Of a DNA stretch of 64,000 bases, positions 1 through 12,239 are shown piece by piece. A program made the position numbers and the translations under genes. This stretch comes from Octopus sinensis (lineage: Eukaryota): NCBI RefSeq assembly GCF_006345805.1, contig NC_043014.1:41354001-41418000 (forward strand). The letters are read 5' to 3'. Every line of letters begins with the position of its first letter. Position 1 is the first letter of the stretch. The notes beneath the pieces are model-generated. The model did not search any database. It was not told the origin of the DNA and saw nothing but the letters and a program-made list of their open reading frames with translations.

Positions 1-52
1 TAAATCTTCACTTAATTTTCAACTGCAATTTATTACTGTGAATTTAATTGTT

Positions 53-686
53 GGAGCGGAGTCGGCTGTGTGTGGCTTTGTGTGGCTATTTCGACAAGTG
101 TCTTCTGCTATATCTTCAGGCCGACCAAAGTGAGTGGATTTGGTAGACGGAAACTGAAAGGAGTCCGTTGTATATATGTGTAAGAGTTTATAGGTATGTA
201 TGTGTGTGTTTATGTGTCTGTGTTTGTTTTCCACCACCACCACTTGATAACTGGTGTTGGCGGGTTTACGTCCCCGTAACTTAGCGGCTCTGCAAAATGG
301 GCCGGTAGACTAAGTACCAAGCTTAAAAGATATAAATACTGGTGTCGATTCTGTTTCTTTACTACCCACAAGGGGCTAAACATAGAGGGGACAAACAAGG
401 ACAGACAAACGGATTAAGTCGATTACATCGACCCCACTACACAACTGGTACTTAATTTATCGACCCCGAAATGATGAAAGGCAAAGTTGATCTCGGCGGA
501 ATTTGAACTCAGAATTTAACGGCAGACAAAATACGGCTACGCATTTCGCCCGGTGTGCTAACGTTTCTGGCAGCTCGCCGCCTTAAACTGGTGTCGATTC
601 ATCCGACTAAAGAATCTTCAAGGCCCTACTTCGGCATGGCCGCAGTCTAATAACTGAGATATGTAAAAGATAAAAGGTAAAAGATT
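53..686 (+). mobile_element. tRNA-headed SINE family A copy, split by a nested SINE-B insertion
   Basis: Matches the other family A copies in the window (gacaagtgtcttct...ggaaactgaaag, (TA/TG)n hinge, gtttacgtccccgtaacttagcgg, gcatggccgcagtc tail). The 5' part is 53-351 and the 3' part 587-686. Confidence 0.8.
352..586 (-). mobile_element. SINE family B monomer (tail alpha) with 14-bp TSD
   Basis: On the minus strand: Pol III-type head aaggcggcgagctg...B-box gagttcaaattcc, then the cctttcatc..cggggtcgataaattaagtacc core. Flanked by direct repeat actggtgtcgattc at 338-351 and 587-600. Confidence 0.9.
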
Positions 687-821
687 AGAACCTATGTAAT
701 CGTATAACAACCAGGATAAGACAACCAGTGTTATCGATACAAAGTGGTCAGTTGATGAAGATAAGGACACTGTTTTTGTATCAAAACCGTAAGAGCAATA
801 TTTTTAAATCTTTTTTTTTTT

Positions 822-1091
822 CGCGCTTTCAAGTCTAGTCAGGCTCACGGGCCCGGTTTCTGTGGCGTATGTGTTCTCCCCAGCTGGACGGGACTCCAGT
901 CCATCGCAGCGTTACTCAAGAAACAGGAAGAGAGAGTTGTGGCGAAAGAGTACACCAGGGGTCGCCACCACCCCCTACCGGAGCATCGTGGAGCTTTTGG
1001 GTGTTTTCGCTCAATAAACACACACCACGCCCGGTCTGGGAATCGAAACCGTGAGTCCGCTGCCCTAACCACTCGGCCATTGCGCCTCCAC
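822..1091 (-). mobile_element. SINE family C (tRNA-like head ggaggcgcaatggcc) with tail 1
   Basis: The reverse complement reads gtggaggcgcaatggccgagtggttagggcagcggactc...ggtttcgattcccagacc (A and B boxes), then ctgcgatggactggagtcccgtccag. The head is shared with 3710-4010, 22781-23168 and 52190-52808. Confidence 0.85.
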
Positions 1092-1232
1092 ATTTTTAAA
1101 TCTTCAACTGTTATAATTCTCTTCGTCGACTCTAAATGTTACAATACGAGATGAGTTCAATTCCAGGCTTTTACGCAGTGCAAAATGTTTATTTACCTGT
1201 CAGTATATGTCTTGACTCTTTGTGTTTGGCAG

Positions 1233-1342
1233 GAAAGTCAGTATCCGATGACCCTTTAGGCTTTTACAGGGCCTTCGAGTATGGTGGGAAGAAAGGAGGA
1301 TATACGACTGTACCGCCGGATATCCGATTCAAATGCATGTAA
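1233..1342 (+). CDS. Putative terminal coding exon of an upstream plus-strand gene ((G)KSVSDDPLGFYRAFEYGGKKGGYTTVPPDIRFKCM*)
   Basis: Pyrimidine-rich acceptor ttgactctttgtgtttggcag|, phase 1, open to TAA at 1340-1342. Non-repetitive and more GC-rich than its flanks. Protein family not recognised. Confidence 0.4.
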
Positions 1343-1979
1343 TAGAGCAGACACCTATAAATTTCCCAAGGTGCCTGGGATGGTGCTAAACCAGGTGATG
1401 TTTTAAGTCTGCCACAAAGTCCCGATAGAGTTTGAACTCAGCATGCAAAGAGGCACAGGGAATATCGCAAGATATCCAGCTCAATGGTCTTACATTTCTG
1501 TCAATTAACCGCCTTGGAGCGGAACTTTTTTTTAACGATCCCGAAAGAATGAAAAGAAAAGTTGATCTAGGCGAAATTCGAACTTAAAACGCTGAGAGTT
1601 AAAACATATGCAGAGAGGTATCCGACGTTCTAATGACATTGATAATTGGCCGTCTAGACACGCTACAGTGAGCTGAGGTAAATAACGTATTGCAGTGTAT
1701 AACAGACTGGAATTGAGCTCTTTAAGGTCTACGAAGAAAATTACAACAATTACAAAACTATGTGAAGTTCTCTACTATATCGTTTAGTTCTTTTAGATCT
1801 ATAGTTAACCTAGTAGGTGACTTTGGCAGGTGTAACACAGACTTACATGAGTGCTTTATGATGTGATTAGAGCTGTGGATATTAACAGTAATGCCGTATG
1901 AGATGGCTATGGTGTGTAATAAATCATCATGCGTCACGAAACGTCGCAAATCTCACGTGGAAAAGACTGAGTTATCACA

Positions 1980-2325
1980 GGCGTGGCTGTGTGGTAAGAA
2001 ACTTGCTTCCCAACCACATAGTTCCGGATTCAGTCCCTCTGCGTGGCACCTTGGGAAGACAGCCTCGGGTCGACCACAGCCTTGTGAGTGGATTTGGTTG
2101 ACGGAAACTGAAAGAAGCCCGGCGTATATGCATATATATATATATTTGTGTGTTTGTCCTCCCACCATCACTTGACAACCGATACTGGATTATTTTCATC
2201 CCCATAACTTAGCGGTTCGGCAATAGGGACCAGGCTTACAAAGAATAAATCTAAAGGTATATTTCTTCGACTAAAAGACGGCGCTCCAGCATGGCCACAG
2301 TCAAATGACTGAAACAAGTAAAGGA
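1980..2325 (+). mobile_element. SINE family A, near full length
   Basis: Head ggcgtggctgtgtggtaagaaacttgcttcccaaccacatagttccggattcagtccc, (TA)n hinge, tail ggcgctccagcatggccacagtcaaatgactgaaacaagtaaa. Confidence 0.9.
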
Positions 2326-2600
2326 GGAAAAGACTATGTTTTTTGTAATTCAATTTGCAGGCATGAACAAAAAGTATTCAAAGCAGGAAATCATACTTAG
2401 AAGTGTGAAAACAACCCTGAATCCATTTTTAAAAATACCGATTTTGCATTAGGATTCTTATTAGGGGAGCCTTCGGCTTAAATTACCTTGAGTTTAGATC
2501 ATTTCTCTGCAACCGGTATGTCGCGTTACACTGGTGTGCTACAGGACGATGCTAGGTGCGTCGCAGTGTAACCTGAATATAATTTACTTCTCTGTACTTA

Positions 2601-3012
2601 GGTGTAGGAGTGACTGTGGTAAGTAGCTTGCCTACGAACCACATGGCCCCGGGTTGAGTCCCACTGCGAGTCACCTTGCTTAAGTGTCTTCTACTATAGC
2701 CTTGGGCCGACCAAAGTCTTGTGAGTGGATTTGGTTGACGGAAACTGAAAGAAGCCCGTCGTATATATGTATATGTATATGTATATATATGTGTGTGTTT
2801 GTTTGTGTGTCTGTGTTTGTCCCCCAAACATCGCTTGACAACCGATGCTGGTGTGTTTACGTCCCCGTAACTTAGCGGTTCGGCAAAAGAGACCGATAGA
2901 ATATGTACTAGGGTTACAAAGAATAAGTCTTGGGGTCGATTTGCTCGACTAAAGGCGGTGCTCCAGCATGGCCACAGTCAAATAAATGAAACAAGTAAAA
3001 CAGTAAAAGAGT
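2601..3012 (+). mobile_element. SINE family A, full length
   Basis: Same head, hinge and tail as 1980-2325, ending gaaacaagtaaaacagtaaaagag. Confidence 0.9.
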
Positions 3013-3557
3013 AATACTGCTAGTTATACTTTTAGTTCAGGTTTGCCGCCGAAATTTGAAAAATAAGTGTACCGCATGTGTAAAAAGGTTGCGGGGCACT
3101 GGTTTAGATTATATGTGTTATTTGCCATGTTTCTTGTCTGTGTTATTGAAGCAGTCTCCTAGCCAGACTTTTACTCTTGGTGAGGTTTATTCTAAGATCA
3201 GATATGCGGCAGACTTTGCTCAAAAATTGAATCATACATCCAAAATCTGGTGTCAGAGCAACAACTTTATCAATCTCACTAAAGCTATACTATAAATAAA
3301 CGGTGTACTATAGGCTTTGAAAAGTACTAGAATTATGCACATCTGTTTTGTATAACACACAATTTTTCGCTAATTTAAACTTGTCGGAAGTTAAAGAGTT
3401 AAAACTGGGGTAGGAGAAAGCGTAGTACTTACTAGATTAGAGAAATTAATCTCGAGTGATACCCTTTGCTGACAACGTTTGTTTGGCTTAAGATAAATAT
3501 CTACGATATATTGGTTTTAATTTTTGGCACAGTGCCAGCAATTTGGGGGTACAGGGT

Positions 3558-3709
3558 AATTCTTTTACATCGACCACACGATGCTTATTTTATCAACACC
3601 GAAAGGGTGAAAGGCAACGTCGACATCGGTAGAATTTGAACTCAGAACTTAAAGGCGATAACAATATTTTTCCGGCGTGCTAAGGAGCTTGCCAACTCGC
3701 CGCTTTAAT
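3558..3709 (-). mobile_element. Degenerate SINE family B (head and core)
   Basis: gaaagggtgaaaggcaacgtcgacatcggtagaatttgaactcagaac...ccggcgtgctaa matches the family B antisense reading. Confidence 0.7.
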
Positions 3710-4010
3710 GTTTGTTCCTTCTCGAGCCATGCCTAGCTCATAAGGGCCGGTTTCCCGGTTTCTTTAGCGTATAGGTTCCCCACCTGGACGGGACGCCGGT
3801 CCGTCGCAGGTGAGCTGCAAGATGCAGGAGGAAAGAGTGAGAGAAAGATGTGGCGAAAGAGTCAGCAGAAGTTCGCATTACCTTCTGTTGGAGTCACGTT
3901 GTGCTTAGGTGTTTCGCTCATAAACACACACATCGCTCGGTCTGAGATTCGAACCCGCGATCCCTCGACCGCGAATCCGCTGCTCTAACCACTAGACCAT
4001 ATGCCTCCAC
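3710..4010 (-). mobile_element. SINE family C variant with tail 1, inserted at the 5' end of a SINE-B; 12-bp TSD
   Basis: Head gtggaggcatatggtctagtggttagagcagcgg on the minus strand. TSD cgccgc(t/c)ttaat at 3698-3709 and 4011-4022. Confidence 0.85.
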
Positions 4011-4215
4011 CGCCGCCTTAATAGCCACGATATATTGCGATGATTCCATTCTAAAGACATTGTAATAATGTGCGACAATGCTAAAATTTCAGATGTATCA
4101 CAAAATTACCGCAGCGGTAGAGTTAACAAAAGCCAATTATTTATGAGAATGTTTATAATGTTCTGATTGGGGGTATTTGGAGTCATTTAACGGTTCTGCC
4201 ACTCTGAGTTTAATA

Positions 4216-4356
4216 TAAGGTTGTCTCAAAAGTTCGTAGAAAGTCTTGGAAAATAATGGTCTTTATATTGAGGAATAATTTTTGTTGTTTTTGTTAGTAC
4301 TTGGCGAGTAAAAATTCAATTTTCGCAAGTGTTTACGAACTTTTGGGACAACCTAA
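4216..4356. mobile_element. Small mariner-type MITE (about 141 bp, TA flanks)
   Basis: Terminal inverted repeats aggttgtctcaaaagttcgta / tacgaacttttgggacaacct. TA at 4214-4215 and 4357-4358. Confidence 0.75.
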
Positions 4357-4906
4357 TATTACCGATATCAAATTTACCTCTCATACTCTCGGAATCGGTA
4401 AATGAAGTCGAATCTCCTCCTTTATTCTTTATCTGTCTGCCTCTGTCTTTCTGAAAAAGAAATCGGCTGTGACTGGACATAGAGACTAATGGGCTTCCAG
4501 AAATGTTCTGTATTCCACAACAACGCCCCTTCTAACTCTGCAGGATTTGAAGACTGAAATGCAGGACACATCCTGATTCGTTCTGAAACCACATAATTAT
4601 TAAGTGGAAGTGTCTTTGTTTAATTAAAATTCGGTGCTGTTGTTAGTAGTTTTGTTTACCCCAATATAGAATTGATCAAGTAAACCCATTATGAACGACA
4701 ATCTTGCATTTTTCATAGGATGTACTCTGTACTAAATTATCCTGTGTAGCATTCTTAAGACGGTATGATTTGACTGAAGTGGATTTGGCTGCTGTTTTTA
4801 ATCGGTCGAGAGACCACCGAAGCGTTCCCTCCCGTGAATTCAGTTCAAGGTATTTAGTATTTATATTTAACCAACCTTAGGTCATCCCTGATCGATCCGA
4901 GCTATG

Positions 4907-5349
4907 GGATCTTCTCGGTTTGACCTACAGTTTTTAAAAATAATTTCCACGTAACTAAACACTTTTAAACTTCGAATACTGGTAGAATGTGTTTATAAAA
5001 CATCTTTTTCTCTTGGCTTTATTGAGAAAATTCTATAGTTTGTAAGATATTTGTTGTTTTTTTCTTAAATTTCTGCAATTTCAACCAATCAATGACGTCT
5101 ATTGAGGTGAAAACATTCTGTGCCGTATGAATATGTCCTCGTTTAAGAAACAGATTGGGTTTATTTACATTTGTGAAGAAAAAAAGATACCCTTCCCCCC
5201 ACCCCTAACCGTAACCCTAACTAACCCTGACTCTAACCCTAACCCTAAAACAGATTGAAATGCAATAGATCGATACTAGGGTAATAATTATGGGTGACAA
5301 TTTCATATGACACCGCTAGAAAAAACTGCCGGTCAAACCGAAAAGATCC
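4907..5349. mobile_element. Non-autonomous TIR DNA transposon with 8-bp TSD and internal (CCCTAA)n
   Basis: TIRs ggatcttctcggtttgacc / ggtcaaaccgaaaagatcc. TSD gagctatg (4899-4906) vs gggctatg (5350-5357). Degenerate telomeric hexamers at 5202-5248. Confidence 0.8.
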
Positions 5350-6179
5350 GGGCTATGATTAAGTACGATACTGCTATCATCTATTCCTTTTAGGGGGTTT
5401 TGTAGAACTATGCTATCTGATATTTACTTGTCTTATTTAATACAGCAGGGAATGGTTTGACAAAAATTTACCTGCTACGCCTAACATATCGAGCAACATA
5501 TAGATGCCGTCTCGTTGTCTCATGTCCAGTAATCCAACCACTTTTCTATCTGGACTGTGTAGGATGGAATATATTAGCAGAGAAGCATCACCAGACCAGC
5601 TCTGTACTGTATACATATTAAATAAAACTATACAAATAAACGTCTTCTATATATTTATCAGAATATTTACATAACGTCGATGTATTTACTTATTCTCTGA
5701 GAATTTACACAATATTTATTTAAGCATTGTCGAAGAACAATGTTAGGAGAACAACATTTTTATTATATGTGGTTTTACTGTGTAAAAGTCTATATGTTAA
5801 TTCAATTATTAGAAAGTGATCAACATCAAACTTTTATGAACGTTTTTCAAGATAAAACTGTAATAAATTGTAATAAAGCTGTTCTAAGACATTTTATTTC
5901 GAACGAAAACTGATCTTTAGTACATATATTGTTTTCATATCAAGTACTTTATCGCCTTTTACGTTAGAAATACTCACATCAGATAACTGGCTCGGACGTA
6001 TACTAGAATGAGTTATACCGCTTCTTTATTGTTCTACATCTTCCCCGAGCATTAACGTCCGGCGAAGATGTCCTTCTTAGCCATCTCGAAGTTAATAAAA
6101 ATAAATGCATCCATAACACAGACACGGCCATAGCTGCATGGTTAACAAACTTGCTTCGAAAATCATACACGCACATACA

Positions 6180-6480
6180 GGCAGTCTAGCTGAATGATTA
6201 AAAATTTCGCTTCGTAACCAAGATGTCTCGGTTTCGGTTCCACTGCCTGACACCTTAGACAAGTGTCCTTTTCTATAACCCAAACTTGTTGAGCGGATAT
6301 AAAGAGAGAATTTGCATTGAAGATCATCGAATGTACCTGCAATTTAATGGTTCTGTCTTGTCACACATTGTCTCATTAAATCCGCATCTGAAGAACACTA
6401 AGCCACTTTACATGCGAATGCAATGAACTTGACAGTTCAATTGATCGAATAACCGAACACTAGTGGTCGAAAACGTTAAA
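6180..6480 (+). mobile_element. Old SINE mosaic: family A-like head plus tail 2
   Basis: ccactgcctgacaccttagacaagtgtcc resembles the A head. cttgtcacacattgt...agccactt...gttcaattgatcg resembles the tail of 22781-23168 and 59019-59357. Heavily diverged. Confidence 0.45.
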
Positions 6481-6507
6481 CGAAATTCAGCCCTATTTGT
6501 ATGTTAG

Positions 6508-6579
<72 letters not shown>

Positions 6580-6640
6580 CCTGTCTGTCTGTCTGTCTAT
6601 TTATCTGTCTGTTTATCTGTTTGTCTATCTGTCTTTCTAT
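6508..6640. repeat. (TCTA)n/(TCTG)n microsatellite
   Basis: Direct inspection. It explains the 'SIYLSIYL' ORF. Confidence 0.9.
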
Positions 6641-7390
6641 CTGTTTGTCATATAGTTGTCTGATTGTCCGCCCATCTATCTATATACATACGCGTATACA
6701 TGTCTGTAAATATATAAATTTATGTCTGTTACTCTATCTCTCTATCGCTCTCCCTCTCTCTCTCACCATACACACAGAGAAACATATACGCAAACGTATA
6801 TTGGTATTCATTTTCGACTGAATTTAGTTCTCTTCTCTAAATTGTTTATCTTACGAAAACAATGAGATAAGTACAAGTCAGTCTACAAGGGGTCGACATA
6901 GAATCGACAAAAATTCCTTAAAGTCTGTGGTCCAGTATGACTACCACCCAGTGAACGAGACGAGTGAGTGACAAATGAAAGAAAACTGATGAACCTAAAT
7001 CAAGCTGTAATGACTCCTCTCCATACTCTTTACTGTAATAACACCTGAAATTTATGCCACCAATAATACCTTGCTTCTTTGAAATCTTATATATTTGCAC
7101 GTATCATACGCCTCTTAATATTTCGATGCCTATTAGTGTTCCAACTAATCTATTGCCTCCAGTCTACTAAAATATACTGAATACGAATTTCTTTCGAATA
7201 TTATTAATATAAAATACTCTTGTAAAATCCTCTATTAATTTGTTTACCTCCACTTGTGCCTATTATTCATTTGTACTATTACCTATTACCTTGCAACAGT
7301 AAGCATTTGAATATAAGTAGGTAACCCTCCAGTAATATATTGGATATTTATTATCCCTCATATGGCTGTCTAACCTCTAACTTATATATA

Positions 7391-7439
<49 letters not shown>

Positions 7440-7575
7440 ATGAGGGCGCATTGCTTAATGGTCAGAGCGTTGCACTAGCGATCGGGATCTCAGTTCCGAG
7501 ACTGGGTGGTGTGTTTGATCTCGAGCAAAGACATTTCTTCTCACGTTGCGCTGCAATCACTTCGACACATGTCAA
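7440..7575 (+). mobile_element. Degenerate tRNA-headed SINE fragment (CORE-like head type)
   Basis: gcgcattgcttaatggtcagagcgttgcactagcgatc...tgatctcgagcaaagacatttcttctcacgttgc resembles 59019-59130 and 62105-62215. Confidence 0.55.
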
Positions 7576-7669
7576 GTCTCTCTCTCTCTCTGTTGCCTGA
7601 CTTCTGGAAGCTTTTGGTTGCTACGTAATCAGAGGAAAAGGGAAATTTGAGCTTTGCATGCCCCCTGAT

Positions 7670-8050
7670 GGTGGTGAAATATAATGTAGATGATGTTCAG
7701 TTTAAGAATCTATAGAGTAACGCCTGCAAGAAAAATTAGGTGATGAGGGAAAGAATCTCAGAAGTTTGCATTTATTAAGAAGAATGATTAGAAGAGTTTA
7801 GGGTGGGATAAGTTAGGTGTGATCTAGCAGGGTTGATACAAGAATATGGGAGGAAAGATTTGTCTTGTTAGAGAGTGTAAACAAGCTAAATCAGAAGAAT
7901 AGAAGCAGTTGTAATTTCGTTGCAAGTGACAGAGAGGAGACATATATTTATGAGCGCGAGGTTGTAGCTTGCTGACAAGTGAAATGTTAGCAACCACTTG
8001 AACGGATGTATGTTCAGATCTTTGTAAGTAACAACATAGCTTCCGCCCTT
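7670..8050 (-). mobile_element. Decayed CR1/L2-type LINE 3' coding remnant
   Basis: The minus strand gives frameshifted fragments like LA..(N)VSSLSL...NYNCFYSSDLA, resembling the post-RT C-terminus of CR1/L2-clade ORF2. Recognised from memory; many stops. Confidence 0.45.
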
Positions 8051-9144
8051 AGCTTCTCATTTCTGCAAACATAATTCCATTGTGCATTTTACATCAGTTT
8101 TGTAGAGCGCCAACAACTGATCAAGTTTGAAATAATTTCTGGTGATAAAGCAATGGTTAGCAAATTGTGCGCTAGAATTGTATCTACGTACGTCACTTAT
8201 TTAAAAAAATTTAGTTAAGGTTTTATAAATTTCATGATCCTTTTTGAACATCGTGAAGAATTTGTTGGTCATAATTTTGTTTTACACACTATGATTACTA
8301 AACTAACACTATACATCATTAGTATACAATTGTGGTAGAAATTTACGTTGGGGTTATTCGAACATGTCAGGTGTTTGATAGACGTAAATTGGGAATTATT
8401 GAATTGAATGTTAGATCTTTCGTTTTGACACCATTGACTATGCTAAATTGTCAAACGTATCTTACAGAATTGTGGTTTACCACAATGAACTTTTAGATAT
8501 GACAATTAATGAAGTTGATTAGTTACGCATTCAGCTTTCCTGTAGTTCACAGAGTCAGTCTACATGCATTTCTTAATTAAAAAAAAGCAACATTTTCTTA
8601 TTCTTTATTTGCGAAAAGTATCAGTAATTTTTAATTTCCCATGCAGAGCTCACTAGCAATTTATTTTCTTGTCTACTGTGTGCCACAAAGTCTCATAGCT
8701 CAATAAACATTGTTTCAAGAAAATCCTAATATTTGAGAAGCAGTTTCAATAATATATATAACATTTTAAAATCATTATGTGCAGCAGAGAATCCCATTAG
8801 TGTGTAGAGTTTTTTGTTTAGAAGTAGAAAGGAGAGTATCCGATACAAGTCTGTTTGATGAGTATTTGTAATGGCTATGATTAAGTACTATTCAACGAAT
8901 ATACCACATTTTTTTTACAAATACCACCACTTTCCTCTACATTGATACGAGGAAAGCAATAATATAAAAAAATTGTGGAAATTTTGACTCCCTCCTCATT
9001 CTTTGGTAAAGTATTGGTAAAACATATGACGTATCCATGAAATTGTTCTTTTTTCATCATAACGTTGAAGGCGTTCGAAAAGTCTAAAAACCATTCTCAT
9101 TTTATTAAACGACGGAATTTGTATGCGTCCATTTCTGTTCTCAC

Positions 9145-9217
9145 CATCTCTCAAAGCAGTTACGCTTTGAGAAGCGCTTTCTTGCATTGATGCCAAATAA
9201 TCCTGCTGTAAAGGGCT
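9145..9217 (-). other. Candidate orphan exon (73 nt)
   Basis: Acceptor tcatttttctcag| and donor ATG|gtgaga. Two frames are open (PFTAGLFGINARKRFSKRNCFERW or SPLQQDYLASMQESASQSVTALRD). No homology recognised. Confidence 0.2.
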
Positions 9218-10229
9218 CTGAGAAAAATGACGCACATTTAATTTACTTTACCTGGGTTTCTGTTTCTTTCTCCTCTGTCTGTCCCTTAGTTGAACACTCA
9301 AACATTTGTTGAAATTTATTATTTGTATCTTCCCTCCCCCCTGGGGACATCATTCAAATTTCCTCATTTTTCATTTCGCATATTATACATTCACACACAA
9401 ACAAACGAATAAAACAAACTCACAAAAACATATATACACTCTTCCTCTTTCATTTTGTAATTGTGTATACCTGCATATACAATATACATATACGAATACA
9501 TACAGATACGCATGGATACAATTACACTCAGACACATAAACAGACGTACATGTATGTTTTACCAATGTTGTGAAGCAAACAAGTGATAATAGAGACAAGC
9601 ATTCATGTATCCGCTTCTCGTATCACTTTGTCTCTAAATCAACGAAATTTATTTTTTATCAAGATTTTGGAAGTGTAGGCTCTGATGATGTAAAACAATG
9701 TCTTTAACTTCATTATGCAAAATCTTTCTATGGCCTCGTATCTTTCTTTTTATCAACGGTTACCCTTTCTTCGGGCAACATCGGTGGCTTTGAGATTCGA
9801 GACGTGCGGCATGAGCAACAAACAGCTGCTCTTTACAGCTCACCTAGCCCAACCCCGTCAGAAGACACTCCAACACTGTCTCACCGACAGTGCAAAGCGG
9901 AAATTAGCAGTCTATCGGTTATAAGTTTGTGTTCATCGGAGGGATATGTCATCACGTCTCAACGGTCGACTAGCTCCTATTGAAGACTGGGAAGCCTCCC
10001 AGACTATTAAAAGGCAAAGAAATTAAGGAGGATGGCGTGACATCATGCCTTCTTTAAGTGCGTTGGGACTAAAAAAATAAGTTGTCTAAGCTGATAATAC
10101 AAGACTTATAATAACGAAAGTTGATGCATCAGTGATAGCCGCAAACCCAAGTGAAGCCAGTACATTGGTAATGTATTAAGATTGGGTGCCATTCAAACCG
10201 AAGTAATCAGTTGTGCAAAGAGCGTTTCC

Positions 10230-10930
10230 ACCGTCACAGAAATATCTTTGTAGATTTTGAAAGGAACGGTCGGGTTGAGAAAGCAGTTTCAATACGCCCC
10301 GGGATGATAAATACAGTTTGAATGAACAGCGGTACAGAGAAAGAAGTAGTCTATAGGACGCGAGTCTTAAACTCACTGCTTTAAGGCAGTGAGAAATGGA
10401 GCTTCCAATCCAGAAAACTACAGTACCTGAACGCCGTCCACTTTGGCAAAACGACACGTATCTTGGACATCAAGTAGACGAATTTAGCCACCAACACTCG
10501 GGCCCCAATACGCACTTAGATGTCTTGTCGCTTCGCCCTGTTCTATAACAATGTCTTCGCTGGTTGGACGGCATAACATGTTAGGGAGATACTAGGTTCA
10601 CAAAAATCCTGCTGCATTGGAAGCTGATTCCCAGGAAGAAGCCACAAGACAGATCTCATTTCGTTTCAAAGAAGTGAGCGAGAGAAATAAGAAGCCACTG
10701 AAAATGATTGTCGATAGGTAAGAGTTTGGAGGTAGGGGTGGATTTAAAAAAAGAGGAGATGAAGCTGTGGTTTGTTGCCATAGATAAGTGCAATCTCCGA
10801 AAGATAAAACAGCACCAAGACAACGCCGGCTAACAGCACAAGGCAGTCGCTGCATCCGGAACAGATCCTGACATGTGGATTTCTACAACGACAAGTATGC
10901 ATAGATACTGCTCTACGATACGCACGCTCG
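10230..10930 (+). mobile_element. Decayed RTE-clade LINE, ORF2 C-terminal region
   Basis: Frameshifted translation KEVVYRTRVLNSLL*GSEKW...ILDIK*...QCLRWLDGITC*GDTRFTKILLHWKL...FRFKE matches the RTE motifs VY..VL..LLYGSE.W and RLRWLGHV.RM...R.PK. Confidence 0.75.
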
Positions 10931-11870
10931 CAAACACACACAATTGCACACACAATAAATTCTGGCACTAAATATACAAGCATATTTACATACGGACACA
11001 ACAAACAATTTACACTTAGGAGAATGTAATCCTATACTTTAAGTAATGATATATTACTTAATGTCACAAATCTTATTGGTGATAATTCTGACGCCATTTC
11101 CGTGCAATCATCAGGTGACTAGAGTTTCTAAAACAATCGTTTGGGCATACATATGAACATACGCCTAAACATACATGCAAAATATGAACATACGTATATC
11201 ACAGAAACACACGAACACATACACACTTACAAGAACACATATACTTTCTTGTATCTGTGTATGTACGAATGCTTACGTGTTCCTTATTATGAAAGACCGG
11301 AGAATGGCGAAAACAACGAAGCATAACAAGATGGACGTGTGTTAGGCGTAAGGAAAATATATGCAGTAACAAAACGGTTTTGATATTGAAAGAAAAAACG
11401 AGTTTCACACCAGAAATTATAATAATTGTCGAATCATCATCTTTATTACAGGATTCTATTAAAATATGAGAATGTCTGTGTATCTTTGTGTGTTAGTATT
11501 TGATTGCGTTAGTGTGTGTGTGTATTTTAATACTGTTAAACTGAAGCTGTGTCCATGTTTTCGTGTATGAACGTTAATATATATATGGGATGTAAAAAAT
11601 TTGTAGATGTTTATATCTGTGTTATGTGTGAGAGCTTGAGTTCACAAATCTTTTGAATTTGTCTGTAGGAGGTCGGTGTTGTGTGTGTGCACTCTTGTGC
11701 ATGCATGAGCACATGAGAATGTAGTTGTAGATTTAATGTGGTAGTTTGTCAAGGGAGATTACTTCAGGTAAATATATATCATATATCATATATTATACAT
11801 ATAGATTTACGACTGAAGATACTTGTTTTATATATATAAATGTGTGTGTGTACATATATATTATGTCTTT

Positions 11871-11916
<46 letters not shown>

Positions 11917-12200
11917 ATATTATATACATTATATAGACACACATATATATATTTATATGTATGTATGCATTTATATAGATATATATATATTACATACACA
12001 TATATATGTATACATATATATAGATATATATATACATACATATATGTATATATAAAAGTATATACATATATGTATGTATGTACATATATGTATATGTATA
12101 TACATATACATACACATACATATATAGCTATTTACATTTGTATATATATATATATATATATAATATATATATATATATATGCATTACGTGTAAATATTGG

Positions 12201-12239
<39 letters not shown>

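Noticed and set aside
5202-5248. Telomere or chromosome end
   Set aside because: Short, degenerate and internal to a TIR element.
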